From a virus (lineage: Duplodnaviria > Caudoviricetes), in the IMG/VR virus record IMGVR_UViG_2870282538_000006, positions 1 to 64,000 of that record: DNA of 64,000 bases; one strand, 5' to 3'. This document shows, piece by piece, positions 10,040 to 20,151 of the stretch. The translations under genes were made by a program, and so were the position numbers. The notes beneath the pieces are model-generated. The model did not search any database and was not told the origin of the DNA. It saw only the letters and a list, made by a program, of their open reading frames with translations. Positions within the stretch are counted from its first letter, which is position 1. The number at the start of each line of letters is the position of its first letter.

Positions 10040-10768
10040 TTAAACGCTTACTGGTGGTGCGGGAGATCCAACTGGCGGCAAATTATTTGGAGGGCTTTGA
10101 GGCGGCTGATGATTATTGTTTGGACCTCCAGCTTTTTTCAGATCACCTAAGAGTTTCTCAAGTTCTTGTATAGATAGTTCGGTTAAATATCTAAATGGCT
10201 GCTTTACAGCTTGACTTATAATTTGCCCTAACTGTTGATCACTAAGTCCTTTGCCTATTAGCTCAGTGTATGTTGAGTTGATATCATTTTCAAGCATGAC
10301 TCTTTGCTTATCAAGATCTAACATATATTGAATTTTTTCCATTTCTTCTTTTGATGCTGAGCCTGAATGATAACCCATGTTATCTAATGCCCTGCCAACC
10401 GCTGATTCTTCAGCATTTTCAACCCATGAAGTTCTGTCGGCTCCCTTGCCTCCCGCAATTGATAAAGAAAAACCGGAACTATCAGCATTCGTTTGAATCG
10501 CAATAGAGGCCATTACTAGTCCAGCATTTTGCGGCGTTACTCCTTCAGCAAGCTTCTGAATATTTTCAAATTGCACTGATTCAAATTGTTTTCTGTCTTT
10601 CCAAATTAACGCACCCATTAAAACATAACTGGTCACATAGTTGAGATCTGATAAAGGAATTGGCAAAATAACGGAGTCTGGGTATTCAAGTCGTAATCGT
10701 GTTTTTCTGCTTTTAACTGTTTCATATTGATTTAGAGACTGATTCTTCTTTTGATCGTTATACCCCAT
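10040..10768 (-). CDS. putative phage single-strand annealing/recombination protein
   Basis: VENAEESAVGRAL motif; Pro-rich tail. Confidence 0.45.
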   Translation of the reverse strand: MGYNDQKKNQSLNQYETVKSRKTRLRLEYPDSVILPIPLSDLNYVTSYVLMGALIWKDRKQFESVQFENIQKLAEGVTPQNAGLVMASIAIQTNADSSGFSLSIAGGKGADRTSWVENAEESAVGRALDNMGYHSGSASKEEMEKIQYMLDLDKQRVMLENDINSTYTELIGKGLSDQQLGQIISQAVKQPFRYLTELSIQELEKLLGDLKKAGGPNNNHQPPQSPPNNLPPVGSPAPPVSV

Positions 10769-10991
10769 GGTTTAATTCATCTCCACTCTCAAGTTCTTCG
10801 CATATTTCACATAATCCAGAAAACGTTTCAAAATCCATAATGCTATCACATTCTTTACAATGTATTTGATTCTGCTCTTCAGATATTCTTTGACATTCAC
10901 GACTTGAACAAACACTGTCCCCATCTTCAGACCAATAAGGTCGACTACAAACTGAACATCTTAACATAATGCCCAAATTAGGCTCTCTCAT
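10758..10991 (-). CDS. small Cys-rich (Zn-finger-like) protein
   Basis: Three CxxC pairs plus CxxxxC. Confidence 0.6.
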   Translation of the reverse strand: MREPNLGIMLRCSVCSRPYWSEDGDSVCSSRECQRISEEQNQIHCKECDSIMDFETFSGLCEICEELESGDELNHGV

Positions 10992-10996
10992 ATTTG

Positions 10997-11212
10997 TTAA
11001 GCATCCTTTCTTGCTTTTTGTTCCTCCAGGTATTCTTCATAATCAAATATAGCTTTCCCTTCAGGTTCTTCCTGCATATCAAAGATTAAAACCTTGTCTT
11101 CATCACTCTTGAAGTTAATGCCTTTCATTTGTTCTAGGATTTCATTCTTAGCTTCAATAGAAGACTTTGCTTTCATCTTGCAACTGAACATCGCCACCGT
11201 AAATGTGAACAC
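10997..11212 (-). CDS. hypothetical protein
   Basis: 71-aa ORF in operon. Confidence 0.5.
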   Translation of the reverse strand: MFTFTVAMFSCKMKAKSSIEAKNEILEQMKGINFKSDEDKVLIFDMQEEPEGKAIFDYEEYLEEQKARKDA

Positions 11213-11230
11213 TATAAAACATGAGTGAGT

Positions 11231-12595
11231 TTAGGCCCCTTTCTTCTTGAAATAATTTACTCTGTCTTTAAGGGATTCATAAGAAACAACAAATAGTTCT
11301 GCATACTGTCTGATAAGAATATCAAGCTGAATGGGATCTGTTTCTTCCGCAAGTAATTCTATAACCTTAGCCATTCGATCACCTTGAATTTGTCCAATCT
11401 GAGAGTAGTGATATAAAATTTCATCTTGCTGCTCTCTATAAATTTTTTCAACTCGCCACTGTGTTAAGGTGCGTGTGCGTTTATTTATATATTTAGACAG
11501 TGAATCATCAAGAATGTCAAAAGTTCGTGCCAGCGTATCTGGATCAAGTCCTTTAGGTAGCGGACAAACTTCAACGATGATATTGTGTTTAGACAATACA
11601 GCTGCATCTTTTTCCATTGCTTTTAATCCGGCCATATCTCCATCTCTCATGAGTAAAACTCTTTGAGCTCCTGCCCTCTTTAATTGTATTACGTGCTGCT
11701 CACTTAAATTGGTTCCCATTGTGGCAACAGCATTACGAATCCCATACTTGTGAAGTTGTATAACATCAGTAAACCCTTCAAGTAATACAGCTCTTTTCCA
11801 CTGAGTAATATAACTTTTTGCTTGTGAAATACCATAGAGATACTGGTTCCGATCAAATTCAGGATAAGGGTGCTTTTGTATGTACTCTTCCGACACATAC
11901 TTGGTGTTAAGAGGCCATCTGTGATCATATTTAGGGGTAATTCTCTTCCCTTCTGCCTTTTGCTTTTCATTAAGTTGTGCAAGTGTATTAGGGCCAAATG
12001 GGACTCTGCCGGTAAAGGAAATGATATCTCCATTGAAATCATGTATAGCAAAAGTTATTTTGCCTTTTGTGTTCATGAAGTCTTGTACTTCTCCGTCTCC
12101 AAAACCAATTCCCCAGCTTAAAATTTCTAAATCCTCAATTCCGCGGTTTCTTAAATATTTATATGCATCTGTATTATTTAGAAGGTTATTCTGAAATCTT
12201 TGATGGCTTTCTTCACATTTGTTGACCCACCATTGATGTTGATTTTGTTTATATTCTTGTTGCGGATCAAGAGCAGGTAGTGGAATATTCATAAATTTTG
12301 CAAGCCACTCTATAGCTTGGCCTAAATTGTAATTATAATATGCCATGATAAAACCATAAACGTCAGAAGATTTGGCTTTACTATGATATTTGCTTCCGGC
12401 GCCACATCCATTACAATACCAGGTATTTGTTTGCGGATTGATCATGAGACTGGGATTGCTGTCGTCATGAAAGGGACAATTCCCGACATAATGAATACCC
12501 GATTGTCTAACGCCTCCATGTATTGAATTAATAACTTCGTGAACTGGCGCAATCGACTTTAAATAATCTTTGAAGTCATCAGGATATTTAGGCAT
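11231..12595 (-). CDS. dnaG: DNA primase
   Basis: CHC2 finger CPFH...CNGC; TOPRIM EGFTD and DGDxAG. Confidence 0.9.
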   Translation of the reverse strand: MPKYPDDFKDYLKSIAPVHEVINSIHGGVRQSGIHYVGNCPFHDDSNPSLMINPQTNTWYCNGCGAGSKYHSKAKSSDVYGFIMAYYNYNLGQAIEWLAKFMNIPLPALDPQQEYKQNQHQWWVNKCEESHQRFQNNLLNNTDAYKYLRNRGIEDLEILSWGIGFGDGEVQDFMNTKGKITFAIHDFNGDIISFTGRVPFGPNTLAQLNEKQKAEGKRITPKYDHRWPLNTKYVSEEYIQKHPYPEFDRNQYLYGISQAKSYITQWKRAVLLEGFTDVIQLHKYGIRNAVATMGTNLSEQHVIQLKRAGAQRVLLMRDGDMAGLKAMEKDAAVLSKHNIIVEVCPLPKGLDPDTLARTFDILDDSLSKYINKRTRTLTQWRVEKIYREQQDEILYHYSQIGQIQGDRMAKVIELLAEETDPIQLDILIRQYAELFVVSYESLKDRVNYFKKKGA

Positions 12596-12627
12596 GTATG
12601 TCCCTCCTTAAAATTATTTAATTAAAA

Positions 12628-12641
12628 GCCCCGGAGGGGGC
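12628..12641. repeat. dispersed hairpin motif copy 1
   Basis: GCCCC-GGAG-GGGGC, intergenic. Confidence 0.8.
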
Positions 12642-12650
12642 TTTGTTTTA

Positions 12651-13613
12651 TTACTTTTCTATTCGTAAGACATAATTAGCAAGATCATTAATCTCTTTAG
12701 TCATTTTGTTTCTAAAATCTTTTCTTCCTAGAGCCAATGATTGGTTTGGCTGATTTAGATAGTCATCAAGTGTTGAGATAGCTACCTGCTGCATGAACCT
12801 TACCCGTTTAGGATCAATTTCATACTGATCCTCTACCTGTTTAGCTTGATTCCTTGCGATTTCAACTTCCTCTTCTAACCGTTTAACTTTCTCTTCTAGC
12901 CGCGTTTTGTCGTCTATAAGAGCCAAGATAAGGTCTTTATTTTGTACAGTGGATAGCTGTTGAGATAAATCTTGCAGATAAAGAATATTTTGTTGAATAG
13001 TTTCATTCATGACAGCAAGTATTTCTTTATCTTCATGCTCCAGTAGCATATGGGCATCAGGAAGTTGATTTGAGGTTTTTAGAAATTGTTCAATTTTTTC
13101 ATCAAGTGTAAGCTCTTTGGTCTCTACTTCTAAAGATAAATCTTCAGTATTTTGTTGCTCTTCTTGATTCATTTCTGAATATCTGTCCACTTCTTGTTGA
13201 ACTTCTTCTTCTGGTTCCTCCTGAACCGAATCTTCTTCATTTATATTGGTGGCATCATCAATTTTGTCTTTAAGGCTTTCCAAAAAGTCACGATAGTTAT
13301 CAAAGCTTTTTGAGCTTTCTGAAGGTACTATCACTTGTGTTGGCTTTTCCTCTTGCTCTATATTGCTTTTTGGCTCACCAGGAAGTTTATATATTTTTCT
13401 ATTATACTTACCTCGTTTTGGTGAGACTTCTAATCTTCCCTCTTCTAAAAGCTTTGATAAGTGATAATCCATTGTTGGGCCTTGAATTCCAAATTTATTT
13501 GCAAGATCAGTAACAGAGATTTCAGCTTCTCTTTTGTCGCTTTCTTCTATCATCTTAACTACTTCTCTATAAACATCGTCCCGATTTATTTTTCTGTGCG
13601 GCATTGCAGACAT
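12651..13613 (-). CDS. winged-HTH plus coiled-coil protein
   Basis: N-terminal SVTDLANKFGIQGPTMDYHL HTH; acidic linker; heptad repeats. Confidence 0.7.
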   Translation of the reverse strand: MSAMPHRKINRDDVYREVVKMIEESDKREAEISVTDLANKFGIQGPTMDYHLSKLLEEGRLEVSPKRGKYNRKIYKLPGEPKSNIEQEEKPTQVIVPSESSKSFDNYRDFLESLKDKIDDATNINEEDSVQEEPEEEVQQEVDRYSEMNQEEQQNTEDLSLEVETKELTLDEKIEQFLKTSNQLPDAHMLLEHEDKEILAVMNETIQQNILYLQDLSQQLSTVQNKDLILALIDDKTRLEEKVKRLEEEVEIARNQAKQVEDQYEIDPKRVRFMQQVAISTLDDYLNQPNQSLALGRKDFRNKMTKEINDLANYVLRIEK

Positions 13614-13717
13614 ACATACATCTCCTTTAAGTGAAAGAATCCTTCTACATATATAATAACCTGAAAAGGCATTAAAAATGCAATAAAAATGATGAAATTC
13701 AAGAAATTAAAGCATTT

Positions 13718-15706
13718 TTAGGCGGTTATCATCTTAGATTCAATAATATCAGAAGGAATTTCTTCTAAAAAACGAGAAGGTTTATGAACTCTGCTTTTCC
13801 CATCTTGCTGGGTTCGTTGTTCAGCGAATGTAATAAACAGTTCTTTTTCGGCACGGGTGATCCCTACATACGCTAGTCTTCTTTCTTCTTCAAGATCTTT
13901 ATCGCTTTGACTTCTCCAAGAAGGAAACACTCCTTCATTCCATCCATTTAAGAAAACTACAGGGAATTCAAGCCCTTTAGATGCGTGAATTGTCATTAAT
14001 TTCACAGAGTCTGTTTTAACTTTATCTGTTGAATCTGTCACTAATGACACTTCTTGTAGGAAGTCTTCTAATGTTTTTTCTGGATTTTCTGTTTCGTATT
14101 TATCAACTAAGATCAAGAATTCCTTCAAGTTATCGATTTTTTCATCTGCTTTTTTGTCTTTTTCATAATGTGTCCATAAACCCGACTGTTCCATTACATA
14201 GCGAACATAAGTTGTAAGCATTAAACCTGAATCCAGTTTCTTTTGAAAATGATCAAGAAGATCAAAGAAAGCTGTAATCTTAGATGCGGATCTCTTATTA
14301 ATTGTATGGATATCGCTAACATTCTTAAGAGCCCGGTATATACTGACTTTATGAGTATTAGCGTATTCTTCGATTTTTTCTTGAGATGTCTTTCCAATCC
14401 CCCTTGTAGGCTTATTTATGACTCTGAGTAAAGCAGTATCATCCTTCCGATTGAATATGGCTCTTAAATAAGCAATTGTATCTTTGATTTCTTCACGATC
14501 ATAAAAAGAGTGGCCACCTACAATTGTATATGGAATAAACTGATTTCTAAAAAAGTCTTCAATGACACGAGACTGTGCATTGCCACGATATAAAATGGCA
14601 AAGTCTTCGTATTTGTAACCCTCTTGAATGACTTTTTTCTTTATGATGGCTGCAATATAGGCTGCCTCTTGATATTCGGTGGCTGTTCCAGTAACCTTAA
14701 TCATCTCACCATCCTGTTTGGTGGTCATAAGCGTTTTTTCTTTTTGATGCTTATTGAATTTAACAATTTCATTTCCAGCGTGTACAACGTTTCCTACAGA
14801 TCGATAATTCTGTTCAAGCTTTATTAAAGTGGCACTCGGAAAATACCTTTCAAAGTTCAATATAATACTGATATCAGAACCTCTGAATCCGTAGATAGCC
14901 TGATAATCATCCCCTACACAAAATAAGTTATAATGCGGAGCTGCCAGTAGGAGAAGCAGTTGAAATTGGGCATAGTTTGCGTCCTGGAACTCATCAGACA
15001 TAACAAAATGGAACTTGTTTTGCCAGTAATTCCGAGCTTCCTCATGATCTCTTAACACTAAAACAGTATTCATAATGAGATCTCCAAAATCCATCGCATT
15101 CATCTGCTGCATTTGGAATTGATATTTAGAATACACTTCTGACATTACTTGATCGCTAGGGCTTTCAGCAACATGATATGAGCAATATTCTGGGTCCCAT
15201 AAATTGTTTTTTGCTGTGTCTATGTAATGCATTGCGTAGCCTGCTTTGTAATTGTCCTGAATATTCATTTGCTTATAGATACGTTCAATAACCTGCAAAA
15301 CATCACCGGTATCATAAATGACGAACTTACATCGTTTAGATGTTTCATCCTGCTCGTATCCTAACAAGTGCCCATGTTTGCGAAGTATGCGTACACATAG
15401 GCTATGGAACGTGCCCATCCAAATATATTTCATTTGCTCTTCTCCAACAGCCTTTGCTAATCTTTCTTTCATTTCTTTGGCGGCTTTATTTGTAAAAGTC
15501 GCACAAAAAATACTTCCAGCATCTATTCCTTGGGACAGCATATTTGCAATCCTTGTTGTTAACGATTTTGTTTTTCCAGATCCAGCGCCAGCCAAAACTA
15601 ATGTTGGTCCATAGATTGTCGTTGCAGCTAATCGCTGTTGCTCATTTAATTCATTTAACATGCTTTCAATAGATGAAGAATTCAGTGGTTGTTGTGATGT
15701 AATCAT
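13718..15706 (-). CDS. pcrA: UvrD/PcrA ATP-dependent DNA helicase
   Basis: AGAGSGKT, DEFQD, GDDYQAIYGFRG, TIHASKGLEF, EERRLAYVGITRA. Confidence 0.92.
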   Translation of the reverse strand: MITSQQPLNSSSIESMLNELNEQQRLAATTIYGPTLVLAGAGSGKTKSLTTRIANMLSQGIDAGSIFCATFTNKAAKEMKERLAKAVGEEQMKYIWMGTFHSLCVRILRKHGHLLGYEQDETSKRCKFVIYDTGDVLQVIERIYKQMNIQDNYKAGYAMHYIDTAKNNLWDPEYCSYHVAESPSDQVMSEVYSKYQFQMQQMNAMDFGDLIMNTVLVLRDHEEARNYWQNKFHFVMSDEFQDANYAQFQLLLLLAAPHYNLFCVGDDYQAIYGFRGSDISIILNFERYFPSATLIKLEQNYRSVGNVVHAGNEIVKFNKHQKEKTLMTTKQDGEMIKVTGTATEYQEAAYIAAIIKKKVIQEGYKYEDFAILYRGNAQSRVIEDFFRNQFIPYTIVGGHSFYDREEIKDTIAYLRAIFNRKDDTALLRVINKPTRGIGKTSQEKIEEYANTHKVSIYRALKNVSDIHTINKRSASKITAFFDLLDHFQKKLDSGLMLTTYVRYVMEQSGLWTHYEKDKKADEKIDNLKEFLILVDKYETENPEKTLEDFLQEVSLVTDSTDKVKTDSVKLMTIHASKGLEFPVVFLNGWNEGVFPSWRSQSDKDLEEERRLAYVGITRAEKELFITFAEQRTQQDGKSRVHKPSRFLEEIPSDIIESKMITA

Positions 15707-15726
15707 CGTTTTATCCCCCTTTTAAT

Positions 15727-15867
15727 TTATTTTCGAAAAAGACGTGAGACGACCTTTCCAATCAATCGATTATAGAGACGATTTAAAATTCGTCCTTTTT
15801 GAATAGCGTTAATATCTCCAAGGATTCGATTTATTTTAAATAAACATGACCGAACTTTATTGATCAT
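15727..15867 (-). CDS. small basic protein (46 aa, not in ORF track)
   Basis: AAGGAG RBS; MINKVRSCLFKINRILGDINAIQKGRILNRLYNRLIGKVVSRLFRK. Confidence 0.6.
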   Translation of the reverse strand: MINKVRSCLFKINRILGDINAIQKGRILNRLYNRLIGKVVSRLFRK

Positions 15868-15885
15868 CTATGTAACTCCTTTCAT

Positions 15886-15922
15886 AACAAAAGCAGACAT
15901 CAAAGAATGCCTGCTTTTGCTG
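15886..15922 (-). terminator. probable intrinsic terminator
   Basis: CAAAAGCAG...CTGCTTTTG stem. Confidence 0.55.
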
Positions 15923-15925
15923 TTC

Positions 15926-16135
15926 TTACGCCTCTGGTGTCGCTTCCTCAGACGCTGCCGCTTCAAAACGCTTCTTGTAACCATCTAGCATTTGTTTACG
16001 TGCTTTCAAGTTTTCAGAGAGATTAACGTTTCGAGCTCCATTTTGCCATTCACGGACCATAGAAGCAGATTCTAAAGCTTTGTGCATTTTGTAGAATTCT
16101 TCTTTCATTTTCTCAATGTTAGCCATTGTATTCAC
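15926..16135 (-). CDS. hypothetical protein
   Basis: 69 aa, GGAGG RBS. Confidence 0.55.
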   Translation of the reverse strand: MNTMANIEKMKEEFYKMHKALESASMVREWQNGARNVNLSENLKARKQMLDGYKKRFEAAASEEATPEA

Positions 16136-16169
16136 CTCCCTTCAAGAGAGGTGATCTATATCCCGATTG

Positions 16170-17867
16170 TTAAGAAGATCTTCTTTTTGCTTTGCCAATA
16201 AGTAGTGGATGCACAGATTTTAACTGCTTATATAATTGTTCAAATGCTTGTCTTATATCCCATTGAGCATCTTCTGATGTTCTGAGATTAATCAAATGAT
16301 AAGCCTCCCATAAACTAAAGCTAGCATAAATTAGACGTTTATGGGCGTTTAGAACAACGTATTCAGCTTCACTTTCAAAACCTTCTTCTAATAGTTTAGT
16401 ATACAGTTCTTCTGATTTTCTTGCAATGCATTTCACGATGTCTTGAAGTCCTGCATTAACGATCCTTGGAGGGATTGTAACTCCATTATCTGGTGATGGA
16501 AGTGTCGCAGTAAAATCAGTCATTCGATTGTGTCTTAATAATTGATGCCAATTAGCTTCTGATACATTGAAATAGGCATTGTACCGAATATGTTTAAATA
16601 CTTCTGGAGCCATGTCATGACTGGATATTTCCATTAATAACTCATTAATGACTTCTTCTTTTGTATCAGTATCAGTATGGTTTTCAACAAGATAAGCGGC
16701 TGATTGGAAGTCCAAATTTGAATACTGCTGTTGTAAACATGCAATCAAAGTATTAATGGCTATTGCTTCAGATTGCACATTTAAAAGCTGAACGTCTGTA
16801 TTTCTAGAAGAATTATTCTTGTTGTGCCGACTAAGGAATAACTTTTCCATCCTTTTTTGTGAATTTCGTTGATATTGTGAAGGTGTTGAGTATTTTAACA
16901 AGACAGGTAACACCTTAGAAATCTCTGTGCGAATGCTATCTGCAACTTCTTGAGATTCCTTATGCCGGGAGTTGCTAAATGTGGCCAAAGAGTCTCTCCA
17001 GGCACGTCCATTAGCTGTCATTCCTAATTGTGTATGCATTGCTAAAGGAAGAACATATCTAGCATCTTCAAAAGCTAATTTCAATAAAGCGTCCAGCTTC
17101 TTATCAACAGCCTTTTGATCGTCTTTGATATCTTCATATTCGGCTGAATCAACATATTGTTTTTTTAGATGAGTGTATACTCCATCAATTAAATTTTCGA
17201 ACGCATCAAAAGCTTCGTGATAAAAATTTTCAACTTCTTTATACAGTTTGCTGCGTTTTTTAATTGGATTGTGCCAACCCCCACGCTTCGGCTTCTGATA
17301 TCGTTGACTATATTCGGTAATAGACAAGAAAGGATTGGATAGCTCCAATTCTGCTGATGCAAGGCGAGAAATTTTTTCAATCCCGACATGGGCCGTAGCA
17401 TGTTCTGCAACGCTAGAATGGCCATAACCAACTGTCCACTTTTCGTGAAATTTTTTAGCTTTTTCATCGAGCTCTTTAAATGACTCAAGAGGAGCTTCAA
17501 TGTTTTTATCCTTTAGTGCTTGTCGCAAATGATCCTTAAACGATTTATTAGACCGAGAAACCCATGCAAAGAGAGTAGCAATAAACTCCTCTGGGAGTCC
17601 AGTAATCGCATAAACATTACCCTCTACATTAGATACAAAAGGAGAAATATCTGTTTTTAGTGAGCCTTTTTTTGAGACAGGATCAAGAAGTTCTATTTGT
17701 TCATCCGCCGGTCGAACCCTTTTGCTATCTTTAGGTTTTTTCGCACTTGCTTCATTGCGATTTTGCTTCCGATTCCCAGTCTTTTTGGCGCCTTTCTCAT
17801 TTGTTTTCTTGATATTTGATGCATGATTGTCATCCTTTATGTCTTCTTTTGAAGTGTTGTCTGCCAT
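16170..17867 (-). CDS. thyX: FAD-dependent thymidylate synthase, tandem ThyX domains
   Basis: GHSSVAEH, EYSQRY, EDARYVLP; second repeat with LLRH and LRTSEDAQWDIR. Confidence 0.85.
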   Translation of the reverse strand: MADNTSKEDIKDDNHASNIKKTNEKGAKKTGNRKQNRNEASAKKPKDSKRVRPADEQIELLDPVSKKGSLKTDISPFVSNVEGNVYAITGLPEEFIATLFAWVSRSNKSFKDHLRQALKDKNIEAPLESFKELDEKAKKFHEKWTVGYGHSSVAEHATAHVGIEKISRLASAELELSNPFLSITEYSQRYQKPKRGGWHNPIKKRSKLYKEVENFYHEAFDAFENLIDGVYTHLKKQYVDSAEYEDIKDDQKAVDKKLDALLKLAFEDARYVLPLAMHTQLGMTANGRAWRDSLATFSNSRHKESQEVADSIRTEISKVLPVLLKYSTPSQYQRNSQKRMEKLFLSRHNKNNSSRNTDVQLLNVQSEAIAINTLIACLQQQYSNLDFQSAAYLVENHTDTDTKEEVINELLMEISSHDMAPEVFKHIRYNAYFNVSEANWHQLLRHNRMTDFTATLPSPDNGVTIPPRIVNAGLQDIVKCIARKSEELYTKLLEEGFESEAEYVVLNAHKRLIYASFSLWEAYHLINLRTSEDAQWDIRQAFEQLYKQLKSVHPLLIGKAKRRSS

Positions 17868-17899
17868 ATAATATCCTCCTCAAATGTTGTGTGTAAAAG

Positions 17900-17978
17900 C
17901 CACTGTGTGGAACCGATGAAACACTTGTTGAGGGGTGTTTCACCTTCTTTCAAATAAATATTCAGTTCCACACAGTGG
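17900..17978 (-). ncRNA. structured leader upstream of thyX
   Basis: 17-bp stem with a U-G pair on the minus strand plus an internal 8-bp hairpin. Confidence 0.45.
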
Positions 17979-18106
17979 ATAACGATTAATATAAAATTAA
18001 TCGTTATTATGTAATCTCAATATTAGGTTTTTTACGAGATTATTGGAACAATGCTGTTACAATCAAAAGTAAACACTTTGCTTTCTGTTATTCAAATAAA
18101 TATTAA

Positions 18107-18751
18107 TCATCTATCTTTCAAATAGTCTTCAATTGATTTAGATTCACCTACTAATTGAAATGTGTTTAATATAAACTTGTCTAACTCTTCACTTGAAATG
18201 TCGCTATACTCTTTTTTATTTAAATACATAATCTCATCAAACGCTTTGCCATACTTGCCATACTTCTGTCGCAAGATGAGTCCTACAGTTTGCCAATGCT
18301 GTGCAAAATCGCAATTATAAAAAGTCTTGTCTGTATTATCTGCAACACCCAAACCGCTATAACCTTTCTTTTGATACATGAATACAAGATCCTTATACCT
18401 TTTGTTTTGCATGATATAATGCGTGATTCCTTCGCAATCTTTATCATCTAAAGTTATATATTCAATCTTATCTTTAGAGACATACTCAGACAAAACATCT
18501 TCCAGCTCTTGATCTTCTAAAGACCTCATAAATTCAAATAAAGCGAATCTGACACTTTTAGAATAGTCCTCATTTCCATGATATTTATTTTCTAAATATA
18601 TCTGAAGCATTAACCTAGTTAAACTCAGTGGTTCATATGTGAAGTGAAGTTGTTCTGTCTCAACATCTTCGTCACAAGTGCACATCTCGCTAGACCTCCC
18701 ACAATGGTCGCATTTATAATCTTCTAATAAATGTTCTAGCATATCTAACAA
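18107..18751 (-). CDS. hypothetical SPbeta-like protein with N-terminal CxxC
   Basis: 214-aa ORF. Confidence 0.65.
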   Translation of the reverse strand: MLDMLEHLLEDYKCDHCGRSSEMCTCDEDVETEQLHFTYEPLSLTRLMLQIYLENKYHGNEDYSKSVRFALFEFMRSLEDQELEDVLSEYVSKDKIEYITLDDKDCEGITHYIMQNKRYKDLVFMYQKKGYSGLGVADNTDKTFYNCDFAQHWQTVGLILRQKYGKYGKAFDEIMYLNKKEYSDISSEELDKFILNTFQLVGESKSIEDYLKDR

Positions 18752-18771
18752 CTTAATGGCCCCCTTGATTA

Positions 18772-19248
18772 CTAATCCAATTTATAAATCGTCACATTGT
18801 AACCACTAAAGATACTATCAATAAGCTCAGACATTATGCTCCAATCGCCGCCGGCTAAGCCACACCCAATACCATATGGAATAGCAATTGATTTATTTAG
18901 CTGTTTGGACAACTCTTTCACTTCTTTTAATCCTTTTGTTAAAGCTTCTGTCTGTGTATACACAGTTTTATCATAGCGATTTTTCTTGATATTAACCTGG
19001 GCGAATACATTAGCAATGACTTTGCCATCAGTGACTCGAACATAATTGACCAATCCTAATAATTCTTTTTCAGCTAATCCTTTGTTTAAATTGAAGTTTC
19101 TAAAAGACTGATATTCTTTTTTTACGTTAGGATACTTGTTGAGAATAGCTTTTGCTAATCCTGCACCCATAACCCCTTTACAATTTACTTGCTGCACAAT
19201 TATATCTTCAGACGCATCTAGAATATTGCCTTTTACGATATTGATCAT
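18772..19248 (-). CDS. macro domain ADP-ribose-binding/hydrolase protein
   Basis: IVKGNI, QQVNCKGVMGAGLA, IPYGIGCGLAGGDW. Confidence 0.88.
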   Translation of the reverse strand: MINIVKGNILDASEDIIVQQVNCKGVMGAGLAKAILNKYPNVKKEYQSFRNFNLNKGLAEKELLGLVNYVRVTDGKVIANVFAQVNIKKNRYDKTVYTQTEALTKGLKEVKELSKQLNKSIAIPYGIGCGLAGGDWSIMSELIDSIFSGYNVTIYKLD

Positions 19249-19280
19249 ATATCTGTTCCTTTCTCATTAAAAAGCCGTTT

Positions 19281-19715
19281 TTATTTAACCCTTAAATGTT
19301 TAACTTCATTTTCCAGCCATTCAACATATGAGATTTCTTGAGTGTTTTTTGCATATTCATTTAATAAAGAGTCCTCTTCTATAAAATCAAACACATTTTC
19401 AGTTATTCCATTAATAGGTAAGTAAATAGCTTCAATTCCGTTTTTTGGATAGAAAGGAGTATCAAACCATGTTAAAACAGATTTCCCTTCGTCATCTTTC
19501 CAATCATGATGCGCAACGCTTCGATTGTATGCTTCAAAATGATTCAAATCTATTAAAAATCTAATGCTATCCTCATATTCTATTGAAGCACCAACTATTT
19601 TTCCCATCATCATGGCATCGACTGATTCTTCAATCCAGTCGTAAACATTATCATTAAATTTAATAATCGGTTTTTTGCCTTCTAATACAAGTTCATATAA
19701 TTTAATAGCCTTCAT
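19281..19715 (-). CDS. hypothetical protein (start MKAIK)
   Basis: GGAGG RBS; ATGA coupling to the upstream ORF. Confidence 0.65.
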   Translation of the reverse strand: MKAIKLYELVLEGKKPIIKFNDNVYDWIEESVDAMMMGKIVGASIEYEDSIRFLIDLNHFEAYNRSVAHHDWKDDEGKSVLTWFDTPFYPKNGIEAIYLPINGITENVFDFIEEDSLLNEYAKNTQEISYVEWLENEVKHLRVK

Positions 19716-19882
19716 TGAAACAATCCTCCCCAAATCACTCCTGCTGCAATTGCAACAATAAATACTGAAACAAATTTAATTACACCAATATATACTGCAA
19801 ATTTAATGTCCCCTTGGGAATCCATTCTTGCTAACAACACAATCCCAAATGCAACTAACAAAATCCATGCTGAAACAACCAT
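19712..19882 (-). CDS. small two-TM membrane protein (56 aa, not in track)
   Basis: AAGGGG RBS; MVVSAWILLVAFGIVLL...; ATGA overlap. Confidence 0.6.
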   Translation of the reverse strand: MVVSAWILLVAFGIVLLARMDSQGDIKFAVYIGVIKFVSVFIVAIAAGVIWGGLFQ

Positions 19883-19921
19883 CTACTTAGAACCCCTTTC
19901 TAAATGAAATCAACATTTTAT

Positions 19922-20113
19922 CTACTTCCAATTGTAGTTCTCCTTTTCTATCTCTGAATCTCCTATATGCGAAAGAATCCAATTATGATAACCCTCTTCT
20001 CCACAATTAGGGCAATCCATTTCTGATATAATATTTAATTTGTTTATCGTAGGATTTTTAGCAAACAAGTGATGGTTGCATTTTCTACAAAAAAATACAA
20101 CTTCATTTTCCAT
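19922..20113 (-). CDS. Zn-ribbon protein, SPbeta YotC-like
   Basis: CRKC...CPNC; SPbeta-like gene order. Confidence 0.6.
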   Translation of the reverse strand: MENEVVFFCRKCNHHLFAKNPTINKLNIISEMDCPNCGEEGYHNWILSHIGDSEIEKENYNWK

Positions 20114-20151
20114 GTCTCCCCTTCCCTTCTGTATAAAATTGGAGTTTCATT

